A DNA stretch of 28,390 nucleotides, from positions 1 through 28,390 of the forward strand of contig CAZQEL010000010.1 of assembly GCA_964591795.1 (NCBI GenBank), in the 5' to 3' direction. The stretch is from an uncultured archaeon. Its GTDB lineage: Archaea > Iainarchaeota > Iainarchaeia > Iainarchaeales > CSSED10-239. The notes under the pieces were generated by a model. The model was not told the DNA's origin, did no database searches, and saw nothing but the letters and a program-made list of their open reading frames with translations. Positions 17,374 through 25,610 of the stretch are shown piece by piece. Both the position numbers and the translations under genes were made by a program. The number at the start of each line of letters is the position of its first letter. Within the stretch, counting starts at the first letter, position 1.

Positions 17374-20335
17374 AGCTAAACCAATTAGTGGATAACTTGG
17401 CTTGTGTACTGATGAAAGACGTGGCAAGCTGCGATAAGCTTGGGGTAGGTGCATGCAACCTTTGATCCCAAGATCTCTGAATTATTCACTTAACGAAAGT
17501 TAGGTGAAGGGAAAACCCAGGGAATTGAAGCATCTTAGTACCTGGAGGAAAAGAAAACAATAGTGATTCTGTGAATAGAGTTGATCGAAAGCAGAAGAGA
17601 ATAAACCGAATTTCCTATAGTAATGTGGGAGACATGTGGGGTGATGGCTCAGTTACTTCTTATATATTTAAATCGAGGCGTTCTGGAAAGAACTACCATA
17701 GAGGGTGATAGTCCCGTAGATATAAAATATCTGAGAAGATTGCTGATGTCCTAGAGTACTGCGCGTTGGATATCGCGTAGAAATACAGCTGGCATTTACA
17801 GCTAATTCTAAATATAACACAAGACCGATAGTGAACGAGTACTGCGAAGGAATGTTGAAAAGATCCCTTGACGGGGAGTTAAAAGCACTTGAAACTAATT
17901 GGTGACAGCGCGGGTATGGCTTAAAAGGAATGAGAGTAATTTATAAGTGATAAAAGGTAACTTTTAAAACGCGAATTACTTGAACAGGGTCATACTGTCC
18001 GTCACGAAGCACGGGCGAGGGAGTTAGTTTGTGTGGCAAGACAAAGCGATTAAGTCGTGGTGTCGTAGGGAAACCAATTTGCCGCAAAATTTTGAGGGCT
18101 AAGGTATTAACTGTGCCTTTAGTCACATAAACTAGACCCGAAACCAGGTGATCAACTCCTGAGCTTGATGAAGCCAATCAACTGATTGGTGGAGGTCATA
18201 AGCGCTACTAGTCTAACTGTTCGTGTGACTTGGGAGTGGGACTGATAAGGTTATCGAACCTGGTGATAGCGGGCTCCTACCGAAATAACTCTAAGGTTAG
18301 CATAGATGGAGAATAATAACGGGGTAGAGCTACTGATTAGAAAGTACTGGAGAGAAATTTCCACCTTTCTTGTTAAACTCCGAATCTGTTATTTTCGCAG
18401 AAGTCTAGAGTAGGGGACGGGGGGTAAGCCTCTGTTCCAAAAGGGAAAAAACCCAAACTATGATTAAGGCCCTTAAGTACAAACTAAGTGTAAATTCGAA
18501 AAGAGTAATTTCCCTAATACAATTGGGAGGTTGGCTTAGAAGCAGCCATCCTTTAAAGAGTGCGTAATAGCTCACCAATCTAGGATAGATGCCCTGAAAA
18601 TTAACTGGGCTAAATTGACCACCGATATCGTAGAGCACATACACATGTGATCTGGTAGGTAGGTGATTTGGTAGAGTAGAAGCTAGGCTGTGAAGTCTTG
18701 TGGATCTGCCAAATATATGGATCCTCGCGATAGTAACATCAAAGAAAAGTGAGAATCTTTTCCGTCGAAGGGGCAAGGGTTCCTTAGCACTAATTATTAG
18801 CTAAGGGTAAGTCGATCCTAAGTTATTTCGTAATTCGAAAATAACGAAAGGGAAACAGGTTCATATTCCTGTACTAAAAAAACACGTGTGGTAACGCAAG
18901 TATTATTTTTGACAGCTTTGGCAAGGTGGAGTGTGCTTATCTGCACATCTAAATATTATAAACCTTTGGAGAACTATAATAGTGAGAAGAAGGTTAAAGA
19001 TATGAATGGGAGAAATCTTCCATTAAGGCCAAGGTTCCGTGAAAAGAGAATAATTCAGTGTTTTTTTAATCGTACCAAGAACCGAGAAAGGTGTCCCTAG
19101 CTGAGTAGGCTAAGACGTAATAGGAGAATTAAGTTAAGGGAATTCGGCAATTTAGCCCTGTATCTTAGGTATAAGGGGTGCTTACGGTTGTGTAAACTGT
19201 AAGTCTTAGTCACAAGGACTGTCCGACTGTTTATCAAAAACACAGGTGACTGCTAGCCTGAAAAGGTGTGTATAGTCACTGACTTCTGCTCACTGCTAGT
19301 ACGTGAACGTCAGGTTCAACTGATCTAAGCGCTGGTAAAGAGCGGGCCTAACTCTGAGGCTCTCATGGTAGCGTAATACCTTGCCGATTAAATGTCGGCT
19401 TGCACCAAGGAAGTAACGAGATCGTCACTGTCCCTAACTTTAACTTAGTGAACTTGCTTAGCGTGGTGAATAAGCCACGGACAACCAATGGGAGGATAAG
19501 ACCCCACGGAGGTTTACCACAGTCTGGTGTTGTTGTATTATTTCTACTATAGAGCGTAGATGGGAGTCGCTTATGCTGTTTTCGCTAGGGAACAGATAGA
19601 CACCAATGTAACACCATCTAGTAGAAAAAATACGACTTACGTCTATTTGACGGACATCACTTGATCGGGTGGTTGGACTGGGGCGGTACGCCCCTGAAAA
19701 GATATCAGGGGCGTCCAAAGGTCTGCTCAGGCTGGTCAGAAATCAGCCGTAGAGGACAAGACCAAAAGCAGGCTTGACAATGTTCCTAAAAGCACGGAAC
19801 GTTGGAAGGAAACTTGGGTCTAGCGAACGCTAGTGTCCCTATTTATGGGGGCCTAGTCTGACAGTGAACTTACCCTGGGGGTAACTGGGTTGTCGCGGGT
19901 AAGAGTCCACATCGACCCCGCGGTTTGCTACCTCGCTGTCGGCTTACGGCATCCTGGCTGTGCACAAGCAGCCAAGGGTGGAGGTGTTCACTCATTAAAG
20001 CCGTACATTAGCTGGGTTAAGAACGTTGCGAGACAGTTTGGTTCCTATCTATTGGTTGTGTAGGTTGTTTGAAGGTAAGATCCGTTTAGTACGAGAGGAA
20101 CGATGGGTCGCAGTCTCTGGTGTGTGGGTTGTCTGACAAGGCATAGCCCAGTAGCTACGCTGTATTCGATAAGTACTGAAAGCATCTAAGTACGAAGCGA
20201 ACCCTAAAACGAGACAGCCATTCTTGCAGAAATGCGAGACGAGAACTCCGGAAGAAGACCGGTTTGATAGGTTAGAAGTATAAGACGCGAGCCTTCGGGC
20301 GAGTTTTTAAGCTTTCTAATACTAATGGTTCGAGT
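17374..20335 (+). rRNA. rrl: 23S (LSU) rRNA, archaeal type; ends approximate to about 10 nt
   Basis: 5' domain GATGAAAGACGTGGCAAGCTGCGATAAGC, GTPase-centre and sarcin-ricin (AGTACGAGAGGAAC, about 20089) regions, and peptidyl-transferase/A-loop sequences (GGTGTTCACTCATTAAAG, GACAGTTTGGTTCCTATC). Helix 1 pairing of ccaattagt (17381) with actaatgg (20321). At about 2.96 kb there is no sign of a large intron. Confidence 0.95.
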
Positions 20336-20407
20336 AAATTTAAGATTTCTTTAAAACAAATTTTAGTTTGCTTATAACATTTAAAAGAGCTATTTCCTAC
20401 TTTTTTT
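20336..20407 (+). other. 3' arm of the pre-23S rRNA processing stem
   Basis: Complementary to 17298-17373 (see the 5' arm). It is followed by a T10 run at 20415-20424 that could act as an archaeal oligo-T terminator. Confidence 0.75.
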
Positions 20408-20551
20408 ATTACTATTTTTTTTTTGATATTTAATTTTTAAGGTTAGACATCAATATGTTTAATTAGTAATAGAATATTTTTTTATGTGGCCTTAGCGATA
20501 ACTAGATTTAATTTTTTTAAGTAAACTTTTTTTAAATATATATATTATAAA

Positions 20552-20860
20552 TTAAAAGCTTTCTGATCCTTTTCCCATAAAATCAATCAGACCAAATTTA
20601 AACCTATTAGTATCTTTATTATAATCAATAATTATTACATTATTAGGTGCTTTGTCAATGTTTACTCTACTTAACTTACTTATGTTGTTAAGTTCTTCTT
20701 TAAGTTCAGCGTAAGCTATATTTATTTTGTTACGAAAAGAATTAGTATCAATACCTTTTAATTTTTTAACAAAAGACTCTTGAAATCTATTTGTGGTGCT
20801 ACTACGATCTAAATATACCTTAAGATCACTAACACTAATTGATGGAATTATTCTTTCCAT
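20552..20860 (-). CDS. small kinase-like (Bud32/RIO/APH-like C-lobe) protein, possibly a truncated remnant
   Basis: 102 aa. NIDKAPNNVIII resembles the HGDLxxxN catalytic loop and GLIDFMG resembles the DFG motif. The frame stays open 52 codons upstream to a TAA at 21017-21019 without any ATG, and that stretch looks like the hinge region (NNYYIMERI). Confidence 0.35.
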   Translation of the reverse strand: MERIIPSISVSDLKVYLDRSSTTNRFQESFVKKLKGIDTNSFRNKINIAYAELKEELNNISKLSRVNIDKAPNNVIIIDYNKDTNRFKFGLIDFMGKGSESF

Positions 20861-21042
20861 AATATAATAGTTATTTTTAATTTGTTTATAATCTACAATA
20901 TCGGCAAGTAATACTTCTGAATGTTTTAATTTTAGATTGATTAATTTTTTTTTAAAGAAAGTTGCTGTTTTTTTTGTATTTTTTTTATAATCATAATATT
21001 CTGTATGGTTATTTATTTAAAAATTAAAAAAAAGATTTTCAT

Positions 21043-21789
21043 TTAAGAAAATCTTTGTGATTTAACAAATAATGTTAGTGCATTTAAAATATATAATGTA
21101 ATAACAAGCATGAATATTTCATTTACAATTATTGCTGCTATTGTATTATATGTGAAAATTAAAAAATAAATGTTATCAATTAGTAAATAAAATATAAAAT
21201 ATATTACAAATATTAATATTAAAAATCCAATTGTATGCCAAAACTTTTTTCTTAAAAATAATCTTGATTTTTTAATTGCTTCTTTAACATTCATATTAAA
21301 AAGCCCAAGATTAATATTTGCAATTGTAAATATTAGTATTAAATATATTATAAGTATTGCCAATAATATCATTAAAATAACTGTGATTACATTTATGTAA
21401 GAACTTAAAACCATAAATATTAACATAAAAACAATTGTTATAATAAATGCTAATATAGAAAATTTAAAACTTTTACAAAATCCTTTTATAAAAGATAATT
21501 TTCTTTTATTTTCAGTATTTGAAATAACTGTTGTTAAGTATGATAATAATAATAAAGTTCCAAACATTGCAAGTAATAGACCTAAAAAATTCCATCCTAG
21601 TGTGTGTATGATGTACTCAGGGTAGTTAATTAAAGATATATCTGTCATATCAATTTTTTCTGATATTGTACTTGTATAATTAAGTACAAAGAATGTGTAT
21701 GCTGTAAATATTGCATAAACTATAAATGTGTATAATAACTCTATTTTTTTTTTGAAAATGTTAAATCCATTAAATATACTTTTAATCAT
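21043..21789 (-). CDS. hypothetical polytopic membrane protein
   Basis: 248 aa with about 6 TM helices. No recognisable motif. Confidence 0.5.
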   Translation of the reverse strand: MIKSIFNGFNIFKKKIELLYTFIVYAIFTAYTFFVLNYTSTISEKIDMTDISLINYPEYIIHTLGWNFLGLLLAMFGTLLLLSYLTTVISNTENKRKLSFIKGFCKSFKFSILAFIITIVFMLIFMVLSSYINVITVILMILLAILIIYLILIFTIANINLGLFNMNVKEAIKKSRLFLRKKFWHTIGFLILIFVIYFIFYLLIDNIYFLIFTYNTIAAIIVNEIFMLVITLYILNALTLFVKSQRFS

Positions 21790-21805
21790 ATTTTAATCAC
21801 CAAAT

Positions 21806-22294
21806 CTATCTTTTAACAGCTAATGTTATTCTTTTTGAATAAACTAAATCTTGAATATAATAATCAACATCAAAACTATATGTACCTTCAAAAAAATCCT
21901 TTGAAGAATCATATCTCACATCACAAGTAACTATTCTTTTGTTTCCTTTAGCAACTTTTGGTATAATTACTTTAGAAGGATGAATATCCTTTGAATCTGG
22001 ACAATAAATAATAAATGAGTTTTCAACACTTTTTATTTTAACTTCTAAGTTATCAAGATCGTTTTCAGTGTTGTTTTTAAGTGTAATTTCAAGTAATGTG
22101 TTTTCTTTTTCTGAAAGAATAAGTGGACTATCTTTAAATTTTAAATTAATATTATCTTTTTGTAAAAATTCAGACCAGTTAATCAAAGTTGTTAAATAAC
22201 CTAAAACTGCAATAACTATAATTATACCAACAACTATCCATATAGTTTTATTTTTAAAAAAATCTAAATATCTATTTTCTTTATAAAGACTCAT
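21806..22294 (-). CDS. hypothetical membrane-anchored beta-sandwich-like protein
   Basis: 162 aa. N-terminal TM (IWIVVGIIIVIAVLGYL) followed by a beta-rich domain. It lies 16 nt upstream of the 21043-21789 gene, so probably the same operon. Confidence 0.45.
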   Translation of the reverse strand: MSLYKENRYLDFFKNKTIWIVVGIIIVIAVLGYLTTLINWSEFLQKDNINLKFKDSPLILSEKENTLLEITLKNNTENDLDNLEVKIKSVENSFIIYCPDSKDIHPSKVIIPKVAKGNKRIVTCDVRYDSSKDFFEGTYSFDVDYYIQDLVYSKRITLAVKR

Positions 22295-22399
22295 AATATC
22301 ACTTTATAATATTTTATATATCATATATTATAAATATGTTTTGTTTTATATATTTATTGTATTATATTATTTATATATATAGAAAAAGAAGGTATTTTT

Positions 22400-22987
22400 A
22401 TGGAAGATGAAATTAAATTTTTAAGTTTACCTGATGTTATTAAATATACAATTGTTTATTTAGACAAAAAAGACTATGAATCACTTCATATGATTGAAAA
22501 TAGAGCTTTAGAACAAGCAATTACTGATTATAATAAGGATTTTTCAGAAGTTTGTGTAATGATTTATGGTTTAAGAAAATTAATATCTAAAAAACATATT
22601 TTTGAAACAGAAGAATGGACAGCTTATCAAAAAAGAATAATTGAAAATCTAAATTTATCTTTAACTAATTATAGAGATGAAGATTTAAGTAAATTTAATA
22701 ATTTTATTAAAGATACTATGGCAATTATAAAAGATGCTGATCGAAAGTTAGGGCGTTATGTTAGTGTTGTTATTGAAGATGGAAGAATAAAACTTGCATC
22801 TACTGCTTATGCTTATGGACTTTCTGCTGCTCAAGCATCAGATCTATTATCTATTTCAAAAAAACAGTTAATGGCATATGTTGGTATTACTAAAATGCCT
22901 GATGAAGATAAACAATTTAAAAGTATAGGTGAAAGAGTTCATTTATTAGATGTTATGTCAGGGGTTAATGCAGGTGATAATAAATGA
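22400..22987 (+). CDS. hypothetical protein with C-terminal HTH (UPF0175/COG2886-antitoxin-like segment)
   Basis: 195 aa. The C-terminal RIKLASTAYAYGLSAAQASDLLSISKKQLMAYVGITK resembles the HTH of UPF0175-type antitoxins that pair with DUF3368 PIN proteins. Its stop overlaps the next start (ATGA at 22984). Confidence 0.45.
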   Translation: MEDEIKFLSLPDVIKYTIVYLDKKDYESLHMIENRALEQAITDYNKDFSEVCVMIYGLRKLISKKHIFETEEWTAYQKRIIENLNLSLTNYRDEDLSKFNNFIKDTMAIIKDADRKLGRYVSVVIEDGRIKLASTAYAYGLSAAQASDLLSISKKQLMAYVGITKMPDEDKQFKSIGERVHLLDVMSGVNAGDNK

Positions 22988-23652
22988 AAATTGTATTTGA
23001 TTCTGGTGTAATTATTAGTTTTTCAGAAACTTGTTTTTTATCTTTGTTTAAGGATATAAAGGAAGTTATTGGTGAATTTATTATAACTAAAAATGTACAT
23101 TTTGAGTGTGTAGGTAAAGTAAAGCATGTTATGAGATTTAAATTAAGTTCTGTTAAAATAGAAAAAGAAATAAATTCACATGTTTTTGATGTTTATAAAA
23201 GTGATAAACAGCTTGATGAAGCCACAAACAAAATAATGTATCTTACAAATAATATGTTTTTCGTAAGAGGAAAACCTCTTAAAATAATTCAAATTGGTGA
23301 AGCTGAATCTTTAGCTCTTTTAGGATTAACTGATGCGTCTTATTTAGCAGTTGATGAAAGAACCACAAGAATGTTAGTAGAGCAACCTCATTCATTAATT
23401 GAAATTTTTAAAAGGAAATATAAAACTAATAAAGTTAATTTTGATGAACAAAAATACATTAAATTTGTTGAACTGATAGGAAATGTAAATGCTATAAGAT
23501 CAGTGGATCTTTTGTTTTTTGCATTTAAAAAAAATTTATTATCAAATGTGTTTAATGATAAAGAAAGTTTAAAAGGTGCACTTTATGCTATGAAGTTTAA
23601 AGGTTGTAGTGTTTCTTTTGAGGAAATTAATGAATTAATTGATAGTTTATGA
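22984..23652 (+). CDS. PIN-like domain protein (DUF3368/COG2405-like), extended (222 aa)
   Basis: Acidic PIN signature blocks KIVFDSGVII (N-terminal Asp), IGEAESLALL and LAVDERTTRML. About 90 extra C-terminal residues relative to a minimal PIN. 4-nt overlaps with both neighbouring genes. Confidence 0.55.
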   Translation: MKIVFDSGVIISFSETCFLSLFKDIKEVIGEFIITKNVHFECVGKVKHVMRFKLSSVKIEKEINSHVFDVYKSDKQLDEATNKIMYLTNNMFFVRGKPLKIIQIGEAESLALLGLTDASYLAVDERTTRMLVEQPHSLIEIFKRKYKTNKVNFDEQKYIKFVELIGNVNAIRSVDLLFFAFKKNLLSNVFNDKESLKGALYAMKFKGCSVSFEEINELIDSL

Positions 23653-24383
23653 AGATTGTTAAAAAAAACGAAACATATTTTTTAAATTTTGAAAATAATT
23701 CAGAAAAAAAAGAGCTTGATTTATTTGTAAATAAATTTTTGGATATAAAAAACAAATCAAACTCATCCTTTGTTCTTTCTTTAAAAGATATTAAATCAAT
23801 TGATAAGAAAGTTATTGAAAAATCTCCAAATAAAGATCTTGTTAAAAATAAAATTGCAAAACTCTTAAATGATAAAAACTTAACTTTTCAAGATAAGGTT
23901 GAAGGTAATTTTGAAAAATTATTAAATAAAAACGATTTAGTTATTTTTAAAGAAATGATTGAGGATAAAGAAATTGAGTTATTTAAGCTTTCTTCTAAAT
24001 ATAAAAAAGGTGTTTATCAATTATCTTTACATAAATCTAATCTTTCAACTGAAGATTATAGTTTGTTTAAAAGTAATAAATATATTATTTTAAAAAAAAC
24101 TGATGATGCTAGACGTTTTTCTAAGGAATTTAAAGAAATAATAAAATCAGGAGAGGTTATTGGTATTAAATCTTTTGATGGAAATTATTATGTTATTTAT
24201 AAAACTATTTTTGATGAAATTAAACAAAAATTATATTTATTAAATTTAAATAGTGCTTTTTCAATTGATTTTTTAGAATCAAGATTAAGTTATTCAAAAG
24301 AACTGTTAAAATTTGTTATTGAAATTCTTAAAGATGAAGTGAAAATTATTGAAAAAAGAAAAGAAAGTTACGAGTTTATTTAA
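23649..24383 (+). CDS. hypothetical protein, probable winged-helix repeats
   Basis: 244 aa, translationally coupled to the PIN gene (ATGA overlap). The C-terminus ELLKFVIEILKDEVKIIEKRKESYEFI is winged-helix-like. No confident family assignment. Confidence 0.4.
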   Translation: MKIVKKNETYFLNFENNSEKKELDLFVNKFLDIKNKSNSSFVLSLKDIKSIDKKVIEKSPNKDLVKNKIAKLLNDKNLTFQDKVEGNFEKLLNKNDLVIFKEMIEDKEIELFKLSSKYKKGVYQLSLHKSNLSTEDYSLFKSNKYIILKKTDDARRFSKEFKEIIKSGEVIGIKSFDGNYYVIYKTIFDEIKQKLYLLNLNSAFSIDFLESRLSYSKELLKFVIEILKDEVKIIEKRKESYEFI

Positions 24384-24406
24384 AAAAATAAAAGGGTTGT
24401 TAAATT

Positions 24407-24604
24407 ATGGATGTTTTTACAATTATTTTGGTTGTTTTTGTAATTATTTTTTTTTTAGGTAATTTATTGTTATCCTATGTACTTGTTAAAAAAAAGAGTT
24501 CTTTTAATTATTCATCAAATGATGCTAAACTTGATATTTTAAATTCAAAAATTGATGTGTTAAATAAAAGAATTTCAATGCTTGAAGAAGAAAAAAGAAA
24601 ATAA
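24407..24604 (+). CDS. small membrane protein (1 TM + short coiled coil)
   Basis: 65 aa. N-terminal TM VFTIILVVFVIIFFLGNLLLSYVLV followed by a heptad-like tail. Confidence 0.4.
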   Translation: MDVFTIILVVFVIIFFLGNLLLSYVLVKKKSSFNYSSNDAKLDILNSKIDVLNKRISMLEEEKRK

Positions 24605-24626
24605 TTATCTATTTTTTTATAATTTT

Positions 24627-24687
24627 GGCTCAGCCCGCCCATCTATCATCATATTTAAGTCAGCAGGTGTTCAATATCATCATTGCC
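24627..24687 (-). ncRNA. archaeal C/D box sRNA (dual guide)
   Basis: The minus strand reads GGCA-ATGATGA(C box, 24683-24677)-TATTGAACACCTG(13 nt)-CTGA(D', 24663-24660)-CTTAAAT-ATGATGA(C', 24652-24646)-TAGATGGGCGGG(12 nt)-CTGA(D, 24633-24630)-GCC. It has a GGC/GCC terminal stem, canonical box sequences and spacing, and is a GC-richer island in an AT-rich spacer. Confidence 0.85.
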
Positions 24688-24754
24688 TAATATATTAATG
24701 GTTGGATCTGTTTTAAAAGATACCCTTTTAATACTATCTTTATATAATACAATT

Positions 24755-25426
24755 ATGAACCTATCTTTGATTGCAGAACAGTTTGTGAAAGATATTAATT
24801 CAAAAAATATTGTAGCTATAGCTTCTTTTGATAATGATCTTGAACTAATTACTAAAATTATAGATTTTTCAAAAAAAGAAAATAAAGAACCTTTTTTTGT
24901 ACCAATAAATGTTAAACAATCAAAATTAATTCATTCGTTAAAGCAGAAAATAGTTTCTTTAAATGATAAAGAAATCGATGCTGCCATTGAAATTGCTAAT
25001 CAAGTGGATTATTATAATAATTTTGTAAAACTTAAAACAAATTCTTTTATAAGAGATAAAATGATATCTCAATCAGCTTTAAAGTTGTTTGTTATAGTTG
25101 ATTCTAAAAATTATGTTCCTGAAATAAATTCTGATGTTTGTGTTGAAATATCCACCTTTGCATGGCAGAGAACTATTATTCATCTTCAAAGTTTTGGTTT
25201 TGCTCAGGCAATTTATGATACAAAGTCTGAATTTATAAAAAGTGAAATAGGGCATTATCTAGTTAAAATTAAACTTGATAAAAACATAACTTTAGATGAT
25301 TTTGAGTATTCCATTAGAAATATTCCTGGTGTTTTAGAGTCAGGGGTTTTTTTAGGTCTTGCTGATTCTATATATATTTATGATTCTGAAAAAGATTCAC
25401 TTTCTGTTAGAAAAAGAGAAGATTAA
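24755..25426 (+). CDS. ribose-5-phosphate isomerase A-like protein with degenerate active-site motifs
   Basis: The C-terminus IRNIPGVLESGVFLGLADSIYIY matches the RpiA IPGVVEnGlF...a motif, and VIVDSKN and VCVEI blocks also align. GLGTGST is replaced by AIASFDN and the DGADE block by EIANQ. I chose the ATG at 24755 because the TTG at 24683 lies inside the C box of the C/D sRNA. Confidence 0.6.
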   Translation: MNLSLIAEQFVKDINSKNIVAIASFDNDLELITKIIDFSKKENKEPFFVPINVKQSKLIHSLKQKIVSLNDKEIDAAIEIANQVDYYNNFVKLKTNSFIRDKMISQSALKLFVIVDSKNYVPEINSDVCVEISTFAWQRTIIHLQSFGFAQAIYDTKSEFIKSEIGHYLVKIKLDKNITLDDFEYSIRNIPGVLESGVFLGLADSIYIYDSEKDSLSVRKRED

Positions 25427-25537
25427 GGATTAATTTGTTCTTTTTTTTTAAAATCAATATATATATAAATAAAATGTTTCATAATTATTAATATAGTAAA
25501 ATCTTTTTTTCTATATAAATAAAAACAACATATATTT

Positions 25538-25610
25538 GCCTCGGTGGCTTAGTGGTTAAAGCGCCAGACTCATAATCTGGAGACCGCCAGTCCAAATCTG
25601 GCTCGAGGCA
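25538..25610 (+). tRNA. tRNA with CAU anticodon (elongator Met or Ile2), no encoded CCA, unusual T-loop
   Basis: GCCTCGG-TG-GCTT-AGTGGTTA-AAGC-G-CCAGA-CTCATAA-TCTGG-AGACC-GCCAG-TCCAAAT-CTGGC-TCGAGGC-A forms a full cloverleaf with anticodon CAT at 25571-25573. It lacks the A1:U72 pair and the three G:C anticodon-stem pairs of archaeal initiators. A TATA-like tatataaa sits at 25512-25519, about 25 nt upstream. Confidence 0.85.

Noticed and set aside
17941-19718. ORFs 17941-18177(-), 18405-18776(-), 18888-19100(+) and 19458-19718(-)
   Set aside because: All lie inside the 23S rRNA gene. Their relatively GC-rich, low-complexity translations are artefacts of the rRNA sequence.
24683-24754. TTG start at 24683 for the RpiA-like ORF
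   Set aside because: The first 24 codons overlap the C box and terminal stem of the C/D sRNA on the opposite strand. RpiA homology begins at the ATG at 24755 (MNLSLIAEQFVK...).
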